Assembly (NCBI RefSeq): GCF_004010195.1
Contig: NC_057720.1
Span: forward strand, 24,826,901-24,855,912
Direction: 5' to 3'
DNA from: Chiloscyllium plagiosum
Taxonomy: Eukaryota
Length of the DNA: 29,012 nt
Part shown: piece by piece, positions 10,028-21,960 of the stretch
How the letters are laid out: each line of letters opens with the position of its first letter
Position numbering within the stretch: the first letter of the stretch is position 1
Notes under the pieces: model-generated
What the model was told of the DNA's origin: nothing
Database searches by the model: none
What the model saw: the letters and a program-made list of their open reading frames with translations, nothing else
Made by a program: the position numbers and the translations under genes

Positions 10028-13000
10028 ATAGAACATAGAACATAGAAAAGTACAGCACAGAACAGGCCCTTCGGCCCACGATGTTGTGCCGAGATTTAAT
10101 CCTAATGTAAAATATAGTAACTTAACCTATGCCTCCCTCAACTCACTGCTATCCATGTGCATGTCCAGCAGTCACTTAAATGTCCCCAATGACTTCGCTT
10201 CCACCACCACAGCTGGCAACGCATTCCATGCATTCACAACTCTCTGCATAAAGAATCTACCTCTGACATCTCCTCTATACCTTCCTCCTAATATCTTCAA
10301 ACTACTGCTTCTCAGATGCTGCCTGAACTGCTGTGCTTTTCCAGCACCACTCTACTCCAGAATCTGGTTTTCAGCATCTGCAGTCATTGTCTTTACCTAT
10401 CTTCAAACTATGGCTTCTCATACCAGTCAATGCTGCCCTGAAGAAAAGTCTCTGGCTATTGACTCTATCTATTCCTCTCATTATTTTGCACACCTCAATC
10501 AGGTCTCCTCTCTTCCTTCTTCTCTCCAGAAACAAATGTCTAAGCTTATTCAACCTTTCTTCATAAAGCAAGCCCTCCAGTCCAGGCAGCATCTTGGTAA
10601 ACCTTCTATGCACGCTCTCCAAAGCCTCTGTATCTTTCCTATAGTAAGGCGACCAGAACTGGACACAATATTCTAAATGTCGTCTCACCAGGGACTTATA
10701 GAGCTGCAGCAAAACCTTGCAGCTCTTAAACTCAATCCCTCTGTTATTGAAAGCCAAGACACCATATGCTTTCTTAACAATCCTATCCACTTGGGTGGCA
10801 ACTTTGAGGGATCTATGTACTTGCACACCCAGATCCCTCTGTTCCTCCACACTGCCAAGAATCCTGTCTTTAATCCCAGATTCAGCATTCGAGTTCGGCC
10901 TTCCAAAATGCATCACTTCGCATTTATGCAGGTTGAACTCCATCTGCCATTTCTCAGCCTGGCTCTGCATCCTGCCTATGTCATGCTGCAGCCTGCAATA
11001 GCCCTTGATATTATCAACGGCACCTCCAACCTTTGTGTCATATGCAAATTTACTAACCCACCCCTCAACCTCCTCATCCAAGTCATTTATAAAAACTACA
11101 AAGAGCAGCGGCCCAAGAACAGAGCCCTGCGGGACCCCACTCAACACTGACCTCCAGGCAGAATACTTTCCATCTACAACCACTCTCTGCCTTCTGTCAT
11201 CCAACCAATTCTGAATCCAGATAGCCAAATATCCCTGTATCCCATACCTCCTGACATTATGAATGAGCCTGCCATGGGGAACCTTATTAAATGCCTTGCT
11301 GAAATCCATATACACCACATCCACTGCTCAACCTTCATTGACCTCTCTTGTCACATCCTCAAAGAACTCAATAAGATTTATGAGGCAAGACCTGCCCCTC
11401 ACAAAGCCATACTGACTGCCTTTAATCACTCTATGCTTTTCCAAATAGTCATAAATCCTATCCCTCAGAATTCTTTCCAAAACCTTTCTAACCACAGATA
11501 TAAGACTGACTGCTCTGTAATTGCCAGGGATTTCCCTATACCGCTTATTGAAAAGAGGAAGAACATTCACTTCCTCCAATCCTCCGGTACGAGTCCCGTG
11601 GAGAGTGAGGAAACAATGGTCTTTGCCAGTGGCTTGGCAACCCCCTTTCTCACTTGCCAGAGCAACCTAGGATACATCTGATCTGGCCCTGGGGACATAT
11701 CAATCTTAATGTTTACCAAAATTTCCAGCACATCAATCTTGATCTGTTCAAGCTCCTTTCCCAGCTCCTCAAAGTTCTCATTCACAACAAAGTCCCTTTC
11801 CTTAGTGAAAACCAAAGCAAAAAACTTATTTAGGGCTTCCCCTATCTGCTCAGACTCCACGCACATGTTCCCTACACTATCGCTGACTGGCCCTACCTTC
11901 TCCCTGATCATGCTGTTATTCCTCATGTATGAGTAAAATGCCTTCTTCGTGCCACCCTCCTGCCTCTCCCCAGTCCATTTCTGAGCTCCTTTCTAGTAAG
12001 CCTGTATAACTCTAAAGCTGTGCTAGATCCTTGCTTCCTCCACCTTACATAAGCTGCCTTCTTCCTTTTGACAAGAATCTCCTCTGTTCTTCTCATCTAA
12101 GGCGCCTTAATCTTACCCCTTCTTGCCTGTCTCAGAGGAACAAATTTGTGCATCACTGGCAACAATTATTCCTTAAATAGTCACATGTCTGTTGTGCCCT
12201 TTCTGTGGAACAATTGCTCCCAATCTGTACTTCCCAACTCCTGTCTGATAGCGTCATAATTTCCTTTTCCGTAATTAAATACCTTCCCTTGGTAACTGCT
12301 CCTTTTTCTCTCCAAGGCTATGGTAAATGTGAGGCAGTTGTGGTCACTGTCACCAAAGTGGTCTCCCACAGCGAGAACTGACACCTGTCCTGGCTCATTG
12401 CCGAGCACTAAATCCAAAATGACTGCTCCCCTCGACAGCCTGTCCACATACTGAGTAAGGAAACCCTCCTGAACACACCTGACTAAAATGGCTCCATCCA
12501 CACCATCTGCACTAAGGAGATTCCAGTCGATATTGGGAAAGTTGAAGTCACCCATAACAACAACCCTGCTACATCTGCATTTTTCCAAAATCTGCTGGCC
12601 TATGAGTTCTTCAATCTCCCTACTGCAATTAGGGTGTGTGTAAAAAATCCCCAATGAGGTGGCTGCTCCCTTGCTGTTCCTAACTTCCACCCATACTGAC
12701 TCAGTAGACAAACCTTCCTCAACAATCTTCATTTCTGTAGCTGTGATGCACTCTCTGATTAGCAACGCTACACCACCTCCTCCTTTTCCACCCTCCCTGT
12801 TCTTTATAAACACTCTAAACCCTGGAACATCAAGCAACCATTCCTGCCCCTGTGAAACCCATGTCTCTGTTATGGCATCAACATCGTAAGTCCAAGTATT
12901 GATCCATGCTCTAAGTTCATCACTCTTATTTCTGACACTCCTTGCATTAAATCAGACACACTTTAACTGATCCCTTTCCAATGAAAAGCCTTTCCAATAG

Positions 13001-13120
13001 ATTCACCACATCCTGTCACTGCCCCATCTACAACTACCCTCTCTCAGATATATAGCTTTGCCCCCTGCCAAACTTGTTTAAACCCTCCCGAACCACACTA
13101 ACAAATCTCCCACCCAGGAC
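10028..13120 (-). mobile_element. CR1 LINE covering most of ORF2 (APE endonuclease plus RT), disrupted
   Basis: APE: GGGVALLI, VVMGDFNFPNIDW, LDLVL, SDHN (12181-12837). [34 protein letters not shown] (10371-11324). 3' tail (atagaac)n at 10028-10047. Stops, frameshifts and an internal deletion are present. Confidence 0.95.
10305..10397 (+). mobile_element. 93-bp Penelope-like terminal fragment inserted into the CR1, with 13-bp TSD
   Basis: gatgctgcctgaactgctgtgcttttccagc...cagcatctgcagtc matches the other PLE terminal modules. Flanked by TATCTTCAAACTA at 10292-10304 and 10398-10410. Confidence 0.8.
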
Positions 13121-13519
13121 ACCAAGGTAAAAAAACTCTTGCATTTGCTATTTTCATTGACATTTTTGGGACTGCTGATCATCCAACAATGGGGGGTTTG
13201 TCACTCCAACATGGTGGCCTTTTCTTTTACTTGAAATATATGGCCTTTTATGTGTGAAAACTGTTTTAAATCACCTCTCTATAGTACTTTCATCTTACCG
13301 AACCATCTCTTTTGGCCTACTTTAGTGAGGTCCACCTATGACTGTGAGGCTGACAATCTACAATATCTTGAGACTTTTATTAACCTTCCTGACTCAGATA
13401 TCTGCTCACCATCCTCAAGTTTCTAGAGGTAACAAGCAAACTGACTGCCTCATCAAAAGTGGTCCTCATGTTTCCTACATTTCCAATGGCAGGATATGGA
13501 CCACAAACAAAAGGTTCAG

Positions 13520-14019
13520 NNNNNNNNNNNNNNNNNNNNNNNNNNNNNNNNNNNNNNNNNNNNNNNNNNNNNNNNNNNNNNNNNNNNNNNNNNNNNNNNN
13601 NNNNNNNNNNNNNNNNNNNNNNNNNNNNNNNNNNNNNNNNNNNNNNNNNNNNNNNNNNNNNNNNNNNNNNNNNNNNNNNNNNNNNNNNNNNNNNNNNNNN
13701 NNNNNNNNNNNNNNNNNNNNNNNNNNNNNNNNNNNNNNNNNNNNNNNNNNNNNNNNNNNNNNNNNNNNNNNNNNNNNNNNNNNNNNNNNNNNNNNNNNNN
13801 NNNNNNNNNNNNNNNNNNNNNNNNNNNNNNNNNNNNNNNNNNNNNNNNNNNNNNNNNNNNNNNNNNNNNNNNNNNNNNNNNNNNNNNNNNNNNNNNNNNN
13901 NNNNNNNNNNNNNNNNNNNNNNNNNNNNNNNNNNNNNNNNNNNNNNNNNNNNNNNNNNNNNNNNNNNNNNNNNNNNNNNNNNNNNNNNNNNNNNNNNNNN
14001 NNNNNNNNNNNNNNNNNNN
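13520..14019. other. Assembly gap (500 N); smaller gaps at 7759-7800 and 27437-27480
   Basis: Runs of N. Confidence 1.
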
Positions 14020-14591
14020 CCATTGGAATTGATTTGAATTTAGAGAACAATGACTTCATTGATTATTTGTGAAGATCCAAGGGTATGCTTCAGAAGTACA
14101 AAACTAGCCAAATTCCCAAATGTTTATTTCTGATGCTGTTAGGAAATTTCCAAATCCCTCAGGAAACAAAGATATTTCTTCAGACCTACTAGTGAATAAA
14201 CAGATCAAAACAATAATCATCGATGGTGACCTGAAAACATCGATCAAGTCCCATCTAACAGGACCGTATAAACACTGATCACATAGGAATAGATAAAAAC
14301 CCAAGAAATTGACACATGTAAAGAAATATATATTGACCCAGAATAAATAAAGATATTGATCAACTAATTGTGTGAAAGATGTCAACACCATCAAACACAA
14401 AAAGTGAGAGCATCTCTCTCTCTCCACAGGAGATTCTTTTGAGTTGTAGTGCCAGTCAGAGATCACACTGATATTTTTCATGCCTTAAGGGCATGATTAC
14501 GTTCTGGTAACTGACTACTTCACCAAATTTCCTTTTACGCAACAAAGCAAATATAACATTGTGCAACAGTCTTTGACAGATTGACTGCCAC

Positions 14592-15226
14592 TGTTGTGGA
14601 GAAAATATAGAGAATCATCAGGAGACGCAGAGAGTTCTTCAAGAAGTAGGTCTTTTATTTGCAAACAAAAAACCGTGACACTGAGAATGTAGATTCTCGA
14701 ATACCCATGAACCTCAGGGGCCGTGGATTTTTATATTTTTTTTTATCATGTTTCTGTTAGCTTATCAGCATGTCCAACTATATTAATCAAAGTACCTCAC
14801 TCTAGCTACACAATAAACCAGTGATGTTAGTTCCCTTTATCTGTTTAGTTGTACATTCTACTTAATGTCATTCTAATGTCACGGTTAGATGTTTGTTGTT
14901 AATTCTGCTACAATAATCTCCTGTCTCAAGCTGACTCTACTAACTATTAATTATAACTAACTAACATATTTTAATGTCATGTCCCAAATATTTACTGTCC
15001 CAATCCTGTCATAATAGCACTTAACAGAGAAACTTGCTTTATTACTTGTGTTATCTCATCTCGCTATGGTGACCTTTCAGCATTAACCTTACTCTGCTAA
15101 TTGGTGTAAGAACATTCCCCTATTCTTATCCCATCTTGCCTTCCACAGACCACAGATTGCCATGGTTTAAACATTCTTTATGCTTTAAACATTCCCAGGC
15201 TTTCATGTTCTTTATTTTCCATATCA
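14592..15226 (-). mobile_element. Solo LTR inserted in the Gypsy integrase remnant
   Basis: TG...CA ends with imperfect terminal inverted repeats (TGTTGTGGAGAA vs TGATATGGAAAA, 9/12). A minus-strand AATAAA lies near 14654-14659. The integrase frame resumes across it (..act gcc ac|c ttc agt aac..). Confidence 0.6.
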
Positions 15227-15744
15227 CCTTCAGTAACTTTAATGTTCCACAACAAATTGCATCTGGCGATGGCCTTTAAGATGTGCCGGAAATGGTCTGT
15301 TCAATAGTCCAATAGCCTCACAGAATGCACTGTTCATGCAGTAAAACCCACGCAAGTCAAATGTAAAGCAATTTGCCATGATTTAGGGGTAACTATGCTA
15401 AATCCTCAAGGTAAAGATTTACCATCAACGGAAGTGCTAATGTTTGTCAGACAGTTCCAAATGGTGCAAGAGTATGATCAACAAGAACACAAATAGCTGT
15501 CCCAACTTAAATTACAACACAGGAGAGCTTGAGATTTTCATACAGACATGGGTTCATGGAAAGATATTATGTCATTGAGTCCACCCTAGGTCATACAATG
15601 TTGTAATGTGCAATGGTTGAGTCCTACAATGAAATAGGTGACAATCAAATCGCACATAGTCAAAGCAAAATGATAATTCAGATCCACAGACGTCATGCTA
15701 GAAAATAAGCACACATCTCTAACAAATAGTGAACATTAATCTGA

Positions 15745-15843
15745 ATCAGGATTAGAATGCTGCCGGAAAAGCACAGCAGGTCAGGCAACATCCGAGGAGC
15801 AGGAAAATCGACGTTTCGGGCAATAGTCCAACATCAGGAATAC
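15745..15843 (-). mobile_element. 99-bp stand-alone Penelope-like hammerhead module with 12-bp TSD
   Basis: The minus strand reads attc-CTGATGT-tggactattgccc-GAAACGTC-gatttt... Flanked by ACATTAATCTGA at 15733-15744 and 15844-15855. Confidence 0.8.
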
Positions 15844-16280
15844 ACATTAATCTGAGATGACAGACAGCACCCCACAGAGTAAAGGTGCACAGATAAGTCA
15901 TGATAACTGCATAGATCTGGTAATTTCATATATTCACCAAAATATTATCGAATTGTAGAAACAAATGTGTAATGTTTATTGGAAAGGAGTCCCGTTTTTT
16001 AAAGGAAAAATCGGGGAGATGGGTGTTGTATGTTATTACATTGACTCCAGATGAGATAGTCAGTGTTCCTTAAGAAAGTTACATAACACATGACAATTTG
16101 ATGTTTTAACATGAAGCTACCCACCTCACCTTCAGTCACTCTGTCAGTGCAATGGAGTCAATGTAGAGCGTTCAGTAAATCAGTTATGCACATGTAATAT
16201 TCAGTTATATAATCAAGATTATACATGAAGCTGTGATAGTAGAGCAATGTAAATAGTTAGTATTACTAATAAATTTCAAG

Positions 16281-16474
16281 ATATTAATGCCAACAAAATG
16301 GCAATCTTTGTGGTAAATATTATGTGAACTAACATATAGGGAAATACTCCAGCTGTAGCATAGTGGCATTGCTGTTGACCAAGAAACCACCAACACATTT
16401 GTATGTCAATTACACTCTGTGTTGGGACAACTTTTACATCATTTGAGAAGTGGAAACTTACATTGAAAATTCTG
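16281..16474 (+). pseudogene. Possible degenerate exon-7-like segment of the cytokine receptor
   Basis: Acceptor tttcaag| (weak) and donor TCTG|gtgagt; 194 bp, phase 2 to phase 1, as required after exon 6. The frame reads ...LCGKYYVN*HIGKYSSCSIVALLLTKKPPTHLYVNYTLCWDNFYII*EVETYIENS, with in-frame stops at 16285, 16330 and 16444. Confidence 0.3.
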
Positions 16475-17224
16475 GTGAGTTTATTTTTTCAATTATTGCT
16501 TTGGATTTTTGGATTATTGTAAAAATACGTACCTGCATTTTTATGCAAATTAAGTTAGCGAGGCATAATCTTGAAAGAATTGGTTCAATAAATTTCTCCT
16601 ATTATTATTTGACAAAATTATATTTCCAAGATCAATATGACAACTCTACATGCTACTGTGGAGAGATTTGGCTATCTTTATTGCTCAAAGACAGTATAGA
16701 TTAAAAGGGATTACCCTTTGCAAAATACTTCAACTACAATAATTTGGTGGTCAACATCTAGAATCAAGTTAAACCTTAACTCTGGATTTAGTCAATGCAA
16801 ATATGCTGACAAGTGTGTGACATCTATGTAACAAGAGAGAAAACAGTACAGTTTTGAATTTTGACAAATTATCTGTTGGCATCCTTTGGAGGCATTCACT
16901 GACCTGCCATCTTGTTGATGCCAATGGAATGTCTCCTGGCTTTGTAGATGCAAAGACTGCATTCTTCAGAGGAAAAAAGTGTCCCTATCCTATGCGTAGT
17001 TTGAAGACGTATGTTATATGAGGGATGGGCAACCCACTGACTTTTCATAGTCAAAACCTGAATTGGTATCTGGCACACACCCATTAGTTAAAAGTCCTGT
17101 ATTTTAAATGAAAATATTGTGAGAGAAATTGGCTTAAGGTTGAATCCTGTTATCAGTTGTTGTCAGCTTGTTCAATATAGAATCAAATGATGCTAAAGGT
17201 GTATTCCCAATATAACCACCCCAT

Positions 17225-18458
17225 ATATGCACTTCAGCAAGGCGTCTGACAAGGTTCCTCATGGTAGACTGGTTAGCAAGGTTAGGTCTCATGGAATACA
17301 GGGAGAACTAGCCATTTGGATGCAGAACTGGCTTGAAGGTAGAAGACAGAGGGTGGTGGTGGAAGGTTGCTTTTCAGAGTGGATGCCTATGACCAGTGGA
17401 GTGCCAAAAGGATCGGTGCTGGGTCCACGGCATTTTGTCATTTAAATAAATGATTTGGATGTGAACATAGGAAGTATTAGATTAGATTAGGTTAGATTCT
17501 CTACAGTGTGGAGTTCCCTACAGTATAGTTAGCAAGTTTGCGCATGACACCAAAATTGGAGGTGCAGTTGACAGTGAAGAAGGTTACCTCAGAGTACAAT
17601 GGGATCTTAATCAAATGGGCCAATGGGCTGAGGAGTGGCAGACGGACTCTAACTTAAATAAATGTGAAGTGCTGCATTTTGGAAAAGCAAATCAAACTTA
17701 TACACTTAATGGTAAGGTCTTGGGGTGTGTTGCTGAACAAAGAGACCTTGGAGTGCAAGTTCATAGTACCTTAAAAGTGAAGTTACAGGTAGATAGGATA
17801 GTGAAGTAGGCATTTGGTATGCTTTCCTTTATTGGTCAGAGCATTTAGTATAGGAGTTGGGAGGTCATGTTACAGCTGTACAGGGCATTGGTTTGGCCTC
17901 TTTTGGAATATTGCATCCAATTCTGGTCTTGTTCCTATCGGTAAGATGTTGTGAATCTTGAAAGGGTTGAGAAAAGATTTAAAAGGATATTGCCAGGGTT
18001 GGAGGAATTGAGCAACAGGGAGAAACTGAATAGGCTGGGACTGTTTTCTCTGGAACGTTGGAGGCTGAGGGGTGACCTTATAGAGGTATATAAAATCATG
18101 AGGGGCACCGATCGGATAAATAAACAATGTCTTTTCCCTGGGGTGGGGAATTCCCGAATTAAAAGGCACAAGTTTAGGGTAAGAGGGGAAAGATTTAAAA
18201 TGGACCTAAGGGACAACTTTTTCACGCAGAGGGTAATGCGTATAAGGAATGAGTTGCCAGAGGAAGAGGTGGATGCTGGTACAGTTAGAACATTTAAAAA
18301 GCATCTGGGTGGGCATATGAATAGGAAGGCTTTAGAGGGATATGGGCCAAATGCTGGTCAATAGGACTAGATTAGGTTGGGATATCTGGTCAGTATGGAT
18401 GAGTTGGCCCGAAGGGTCTGCTTCCATGTTGTACATCTGTATGACTCTATGACTCTAT
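17225..18458 (+). mobile_element. 5'-truncated CR1 (HER1-like) LINE
   Basis: MHFSKASDKVPHGRL, GVPKGSVLGP, KCEVLHFG, LRGDLIEVYKIMRG; (ctatga)n tail. Same family as 5001-6057. Confidence 0.92.
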
Positions 18459-18694
18459 CTTCAATTTGTGAAATTACTGCTTAACCTAGCAAATTGATTT
18501 GTACGGATAACTGGTGTGAAAAAAAAATCCAGACAGGCAAAGTATCATGTGAATGTACTATAACATGTGACTTGAGAACAGCAAATACATGTAATAGAGA
18601 CTAAGGATTTTTAAAAATGAATCACTGGGTTTATCAATTCTGGATATTGCTAATCAACCTGTTCAGAGATGTCATTACACACCTCTGGAGCAAA

Positions 18695-19520
18695 AGACCA
18701 TGAGACTATAAGATAAAGGAGCAGAAAAGTAAGTTTCTGTAAGTTTCAATCAGATGCCTCCCTTCATTGACTACAGACCCAGAGTCCTAAACCACTCCTG
18801 ATATGACAGGCTCTCCATCCCCAAAATCATTCTTGAAAACCTACTCTGGACTCCCTCCAATACCAGCACATCGTTCCTTAGATACGGGGCCCAAAACTGC
18901 TCACAATATTCCAAATACAGTGTGGCTAGAGCCCTATAGAGCGTCAGCAGTACATCTCTGCTCTTGTATTCTCACCCTCTTGAAATGATTGCCAACATTA
19001 CATTTGTCTTCCTAATTGCCAACTGAACCAGCATGTTAACTTTAAGCGAACCCTGCACAAGGACTCCCAAGTCCCTTTGAGCTTCGGATTTCCAAAGCCT
19101 TTCCCCACTTAGAAAATAGTCTACAGCACTATTCTTCTGCCCAAAGTCCATAATCTCACATTTCCATCCATGATTTATGCACCTTCAGACCTTCCCAGCT
19201 CCTTCTCCTTAGGGACACTTACCTCTGTCCCACTCTCTTAAGTTTTGGTATGTTACTGGTGCCTTCTACTGGGAACACTGATTCAAATTACCTATTCAGT
19301 TCCTCCACCATTTCTTTGTTCCCCATTACTACTTCTCCAGCCTCATATTCTGGCAGTTCAATGTCTACTCTTGCCCCTTTCTTACATTTTATTTAAGTAA
19401 AATTAGCTTCATACTTCACCTCCCACCAACCCCCACTTCCCACCCTTATTGCTTTCCTTGGTTGTCCTTTACTGGCTTTAAAGACTTCCAAATCTTCTGC
19501 CTACCCACTAATCTTTACCG
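18695..19520 (-). mobile_element. Fragmented CR1 LINE (antisense)
   Basis: Tail-like agaccatgagactataagataaaggagcagaa; the reverse complement encodes CR1 ORF2 motifs (LEYCEQFWAPYLRNDV, QRDLGVLVQGS). Confidence 0.7.
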
Positions 19521-20335
19521 AGGAGAAAGTGAGGACTGCAGATGCTGGAGAGTTAGAGTCAAAAAGTGTGGCGCTGGAAAAGCACAGTAGGCCAGGCAGC
19601 ATCTGAAGAGCATGAGAGACGATGTTTCGGGCAAAGGCCTTCATCAGGAATGTGGGGGGAAGGGTGCTGAGAGACATATCGAGGGTCGGGGCTGGGCGAT
19701 GGTAGGTAGGAAAACGATGGATGGATGCAGCTGGTGTAATTATGATAGGTCAGTGGGGAGGGTGAAGCAGATAGGTGGGAAGAAAGATGGATAAGTAGGA
19801 CAGGTCAAGAGGGTGGTGCTGAGTCAGAGAGTTGGATCTGAGATGAGATTGGGGGAGGGGAGATTTGGAAACTAGTGAAGTCGATGTTGATGCTGTGTGG
19901 TTATAGGGTCCAGAGGTGGAAGAAGATCTGTGTTCCGAGGATGAACTGGGGGCATTCTTCCTCCAGTTGGTGGGTGACTTTGATTTGGCAGTGGAGGAGG
20001 TCCAGCACTTCTATGTCCTTGAGGGAGTGGGAGGGGGAGTTTAAGTGGTTGGCCACAGGACGGTGGGGTTGTTTGCTGCATGTGTCCCGGAGATGTTGCC
20101 TGAACCACTTCGCGAGTTGGCATCCTGTTTCCCCAATGTAGAGGAGATCACATCGAGAGCAACTGAGTGCAGTAGATGAGCTGGGTGGATGTGTGGGAAA
20201 ATCTCTGCCAGATGTGAAATGATCCTTTGGGCCTTGGACAGAGGTGAGGGGGTGGGATTGTGGGTGCAGGTTTTACACCTCGTGCGGTGGCAAGAGAAGA
20301 TGCTGGGTGTGGAGGATGGGTTGCTGGTGGGCAGT
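19521..20335 (-). mobile_element. Penelope-like element 3' part: GIY-YIG endonuclease plus hammerhead-bearing terminus
   Basis: Minus strand YIGETGCQLAKWFRQHL (~20090-20140); hammerhead core CTGATGA-aggcctttgccc-GAAAC at 19624-19647. Confidence 0.85.
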
Positions 20336-20892
20336 GACTATTCCCCTGACCATACTATCCCCAATTACAGCTACATTTCTCTTCTCTTCCCCTTCTTGTA
20401 TGGCTCCCTGTTCCATGGAGCTATTGTCAGTTTGCTCATCAAGGTGAGTCTTGAACCTGTGCCTTCCTACCTCTGAGGTAAAGTCACTACAACTGCAGCA
20501 GAAGAAGCCTCTAAAAGTGCCATAATTATTTTATTATGATATAAAATAATACATGTTTTGAACAGGAATTGAACATTCAAGAACATAGTTATACGGAGTC
20601 TTTTTAAATATTTGAATTCCAGATTTCAAAAAAAGCTCAGAAACTTCTAATTGACATTAGCCTATCAAAAAGGAAAGCTGATGCACTTGCCAAAGAAGTC
20701 AGTGTGTGGCAAACTTTGTAGCTTTCAATGCTGCAGGAAAGTGTGATGTTTACAAAACTCTAAGTGTTTAAAAAAGCACAAAATAGCAGGCCTGCTGCTG
20801 AGGCACAGAAGAGGTATTGTTTCGTGAAGTACAATTAGATTTACAATAGCATTTAGACTGACCTTTGAGGCATGATCCTGATGGATCAAGTT

Positions 20893-21188
20893 GATTAGAT
20901 TAGATTCCCTACAGTGTGGAAACAGGCCTTTCAGCCCAACAGGTCCACACCAACCCTCCAAAGAATAACCCACCTGGACACATTTCCCTCTGACTGATGT
21001 ACCTAACTCTATGGGCAATTTAGCATGGTCAATTCATCTGACCTGCACATCTTTGGACTGTGGGAGGAAACCTACACAGACAAGGGGAGAATGTGCAAAC
21101 TCCACACAGACAGTCACCCAAGGCTAGAATCGTACATGGGTCCCTGACACTGTGAGGCTGCAATGCTAACCACTGAGCCACCGTGTCA
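20893..21188 (-). mobile_element. V-SINE (HE1-like), antisense
   Basis: The reverse complement matches 614-908 (cacggtggctcagtggttagca..., ggagtttgcacattctcccc); (tagat)n tail at 20893-20905. Confidence 0.88.
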
Positions 21189-21586
21189 CCTTTGTCTCAG
21201 CAGTTTGAGCAATTCAGGGTTCAATCTTTCTGGTTCCAACCTTTATACCTATAAAGAAGTGACTATTACCAGAATAACTTTTTCTCAGGAAAACTGAGGT
21301 AGGAGACAAGCATTTTATTTTATTTGTAAAGAAGTCATACAATATTCACATTTGTAAGCTATTATAGTTGTAAGATGTGTTATGACCCCAGTTGATGTTA
21401 CTCCTGGACAGGTCAGATCCCAGATGTCAATCTAGTTGGACAAGTCACTTTTCCTTATTTAACAAGGTGGCCTTTCATTGACACACAAACACACGATACA
21501 GCAAAATTGGCTTTAGCAATAAAAAGAGACTCAAACAAAAAGAAGATACATTAGAATTAACCATGTTATTTACAAATAGCTTAAAA

Positions 21587-21960
21587 ATGTGTTGCTGGAA
21601 AAGTGCAGCAGGTCAGGCAGCATCAAAGGAGAAGGAGAATCGACGTTTCGGGCATAAGCTCTTCTTCAGGAATGAGGAGGGTGTGCCAAGCAGGCTAAGA
21701 TAAAAGGTAGGGAGGAGGGTCTTGGGGGAGGGGCATTGGGAATGCTTGCCATGGTCTGGCGATGGAGGAGGCCAAGGATCTGCATGTCCTTGGCGGAGTG
21801 GGAGGGGGAGTTAAAGTGTTCAGCCACGGGGCGGTTGGGTTGGTTAGTGCGGGTGTCCCAGATGTGTTCTCTGAAACGTTCCGCAAGTAAGCGACCTGTC
21901 TCCCCAATGTATAGGAGGCCACATCGGGTGCAGCGGATGCAGTAAATGATGTGTGTGGAA
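21587..21960 (-). mobile_element. Internally deleted Penelope-like element (GIY-YIG fragment plus hammerhead terminus)
   Basis: Minus strand LLYIGETGRLLAERFREHIWDT...VAEHFNSPSH; core CTGAAGA-agagcttatgccc-GAAACGTC at about 21642-21669. Confidence 0.85.

Larger units (their letters stand above)
14200..16095 (+). mobile_element. Second, heavily decayed Gypsy element (integrase region to putative 3' LTR)
   Basis: GHDYVLVTDYFTKFP (~14490-14533), FSNFNVPQQIASGDG (15229-15273, degenerate SDNG) and SNSLTECTVHAVK (~15308-15346, degenerate SNGLAER). A purine tract at 16001-16023 is followed by TGTTGTA...CATGACA (16024-16095). Confidence 0.6.

Noticed and set aside
10086..12889. Several + strand ORFs of 69-196 aa
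   Set aside because: Antisense shadows of the minus-strand CR1 ORF2.
13338..14072. Long ORFs of 178-244 aa in the track
   Set aside because: Artefacts of translating the 500-N gap.
16631..16800. TLHATVERFGYL, vaguely like the start of MPL exon 8
   Set aside because: Lacks the FNIII Trp/Tyr pattern and contains stops.
20420..20455. Perfect donor AAG|gtgagt
   Set aside because: It lies at the edge of repeat-derived sequence with no upstream exon-like frame or acceptor.
20566..20720. Possible exon-9-like segment after tgttttgaacag| (ELNIQEHSYTESF*)
   Set aside because: Early stop, no WSXWS and no good donor; similarity is too weak to call.
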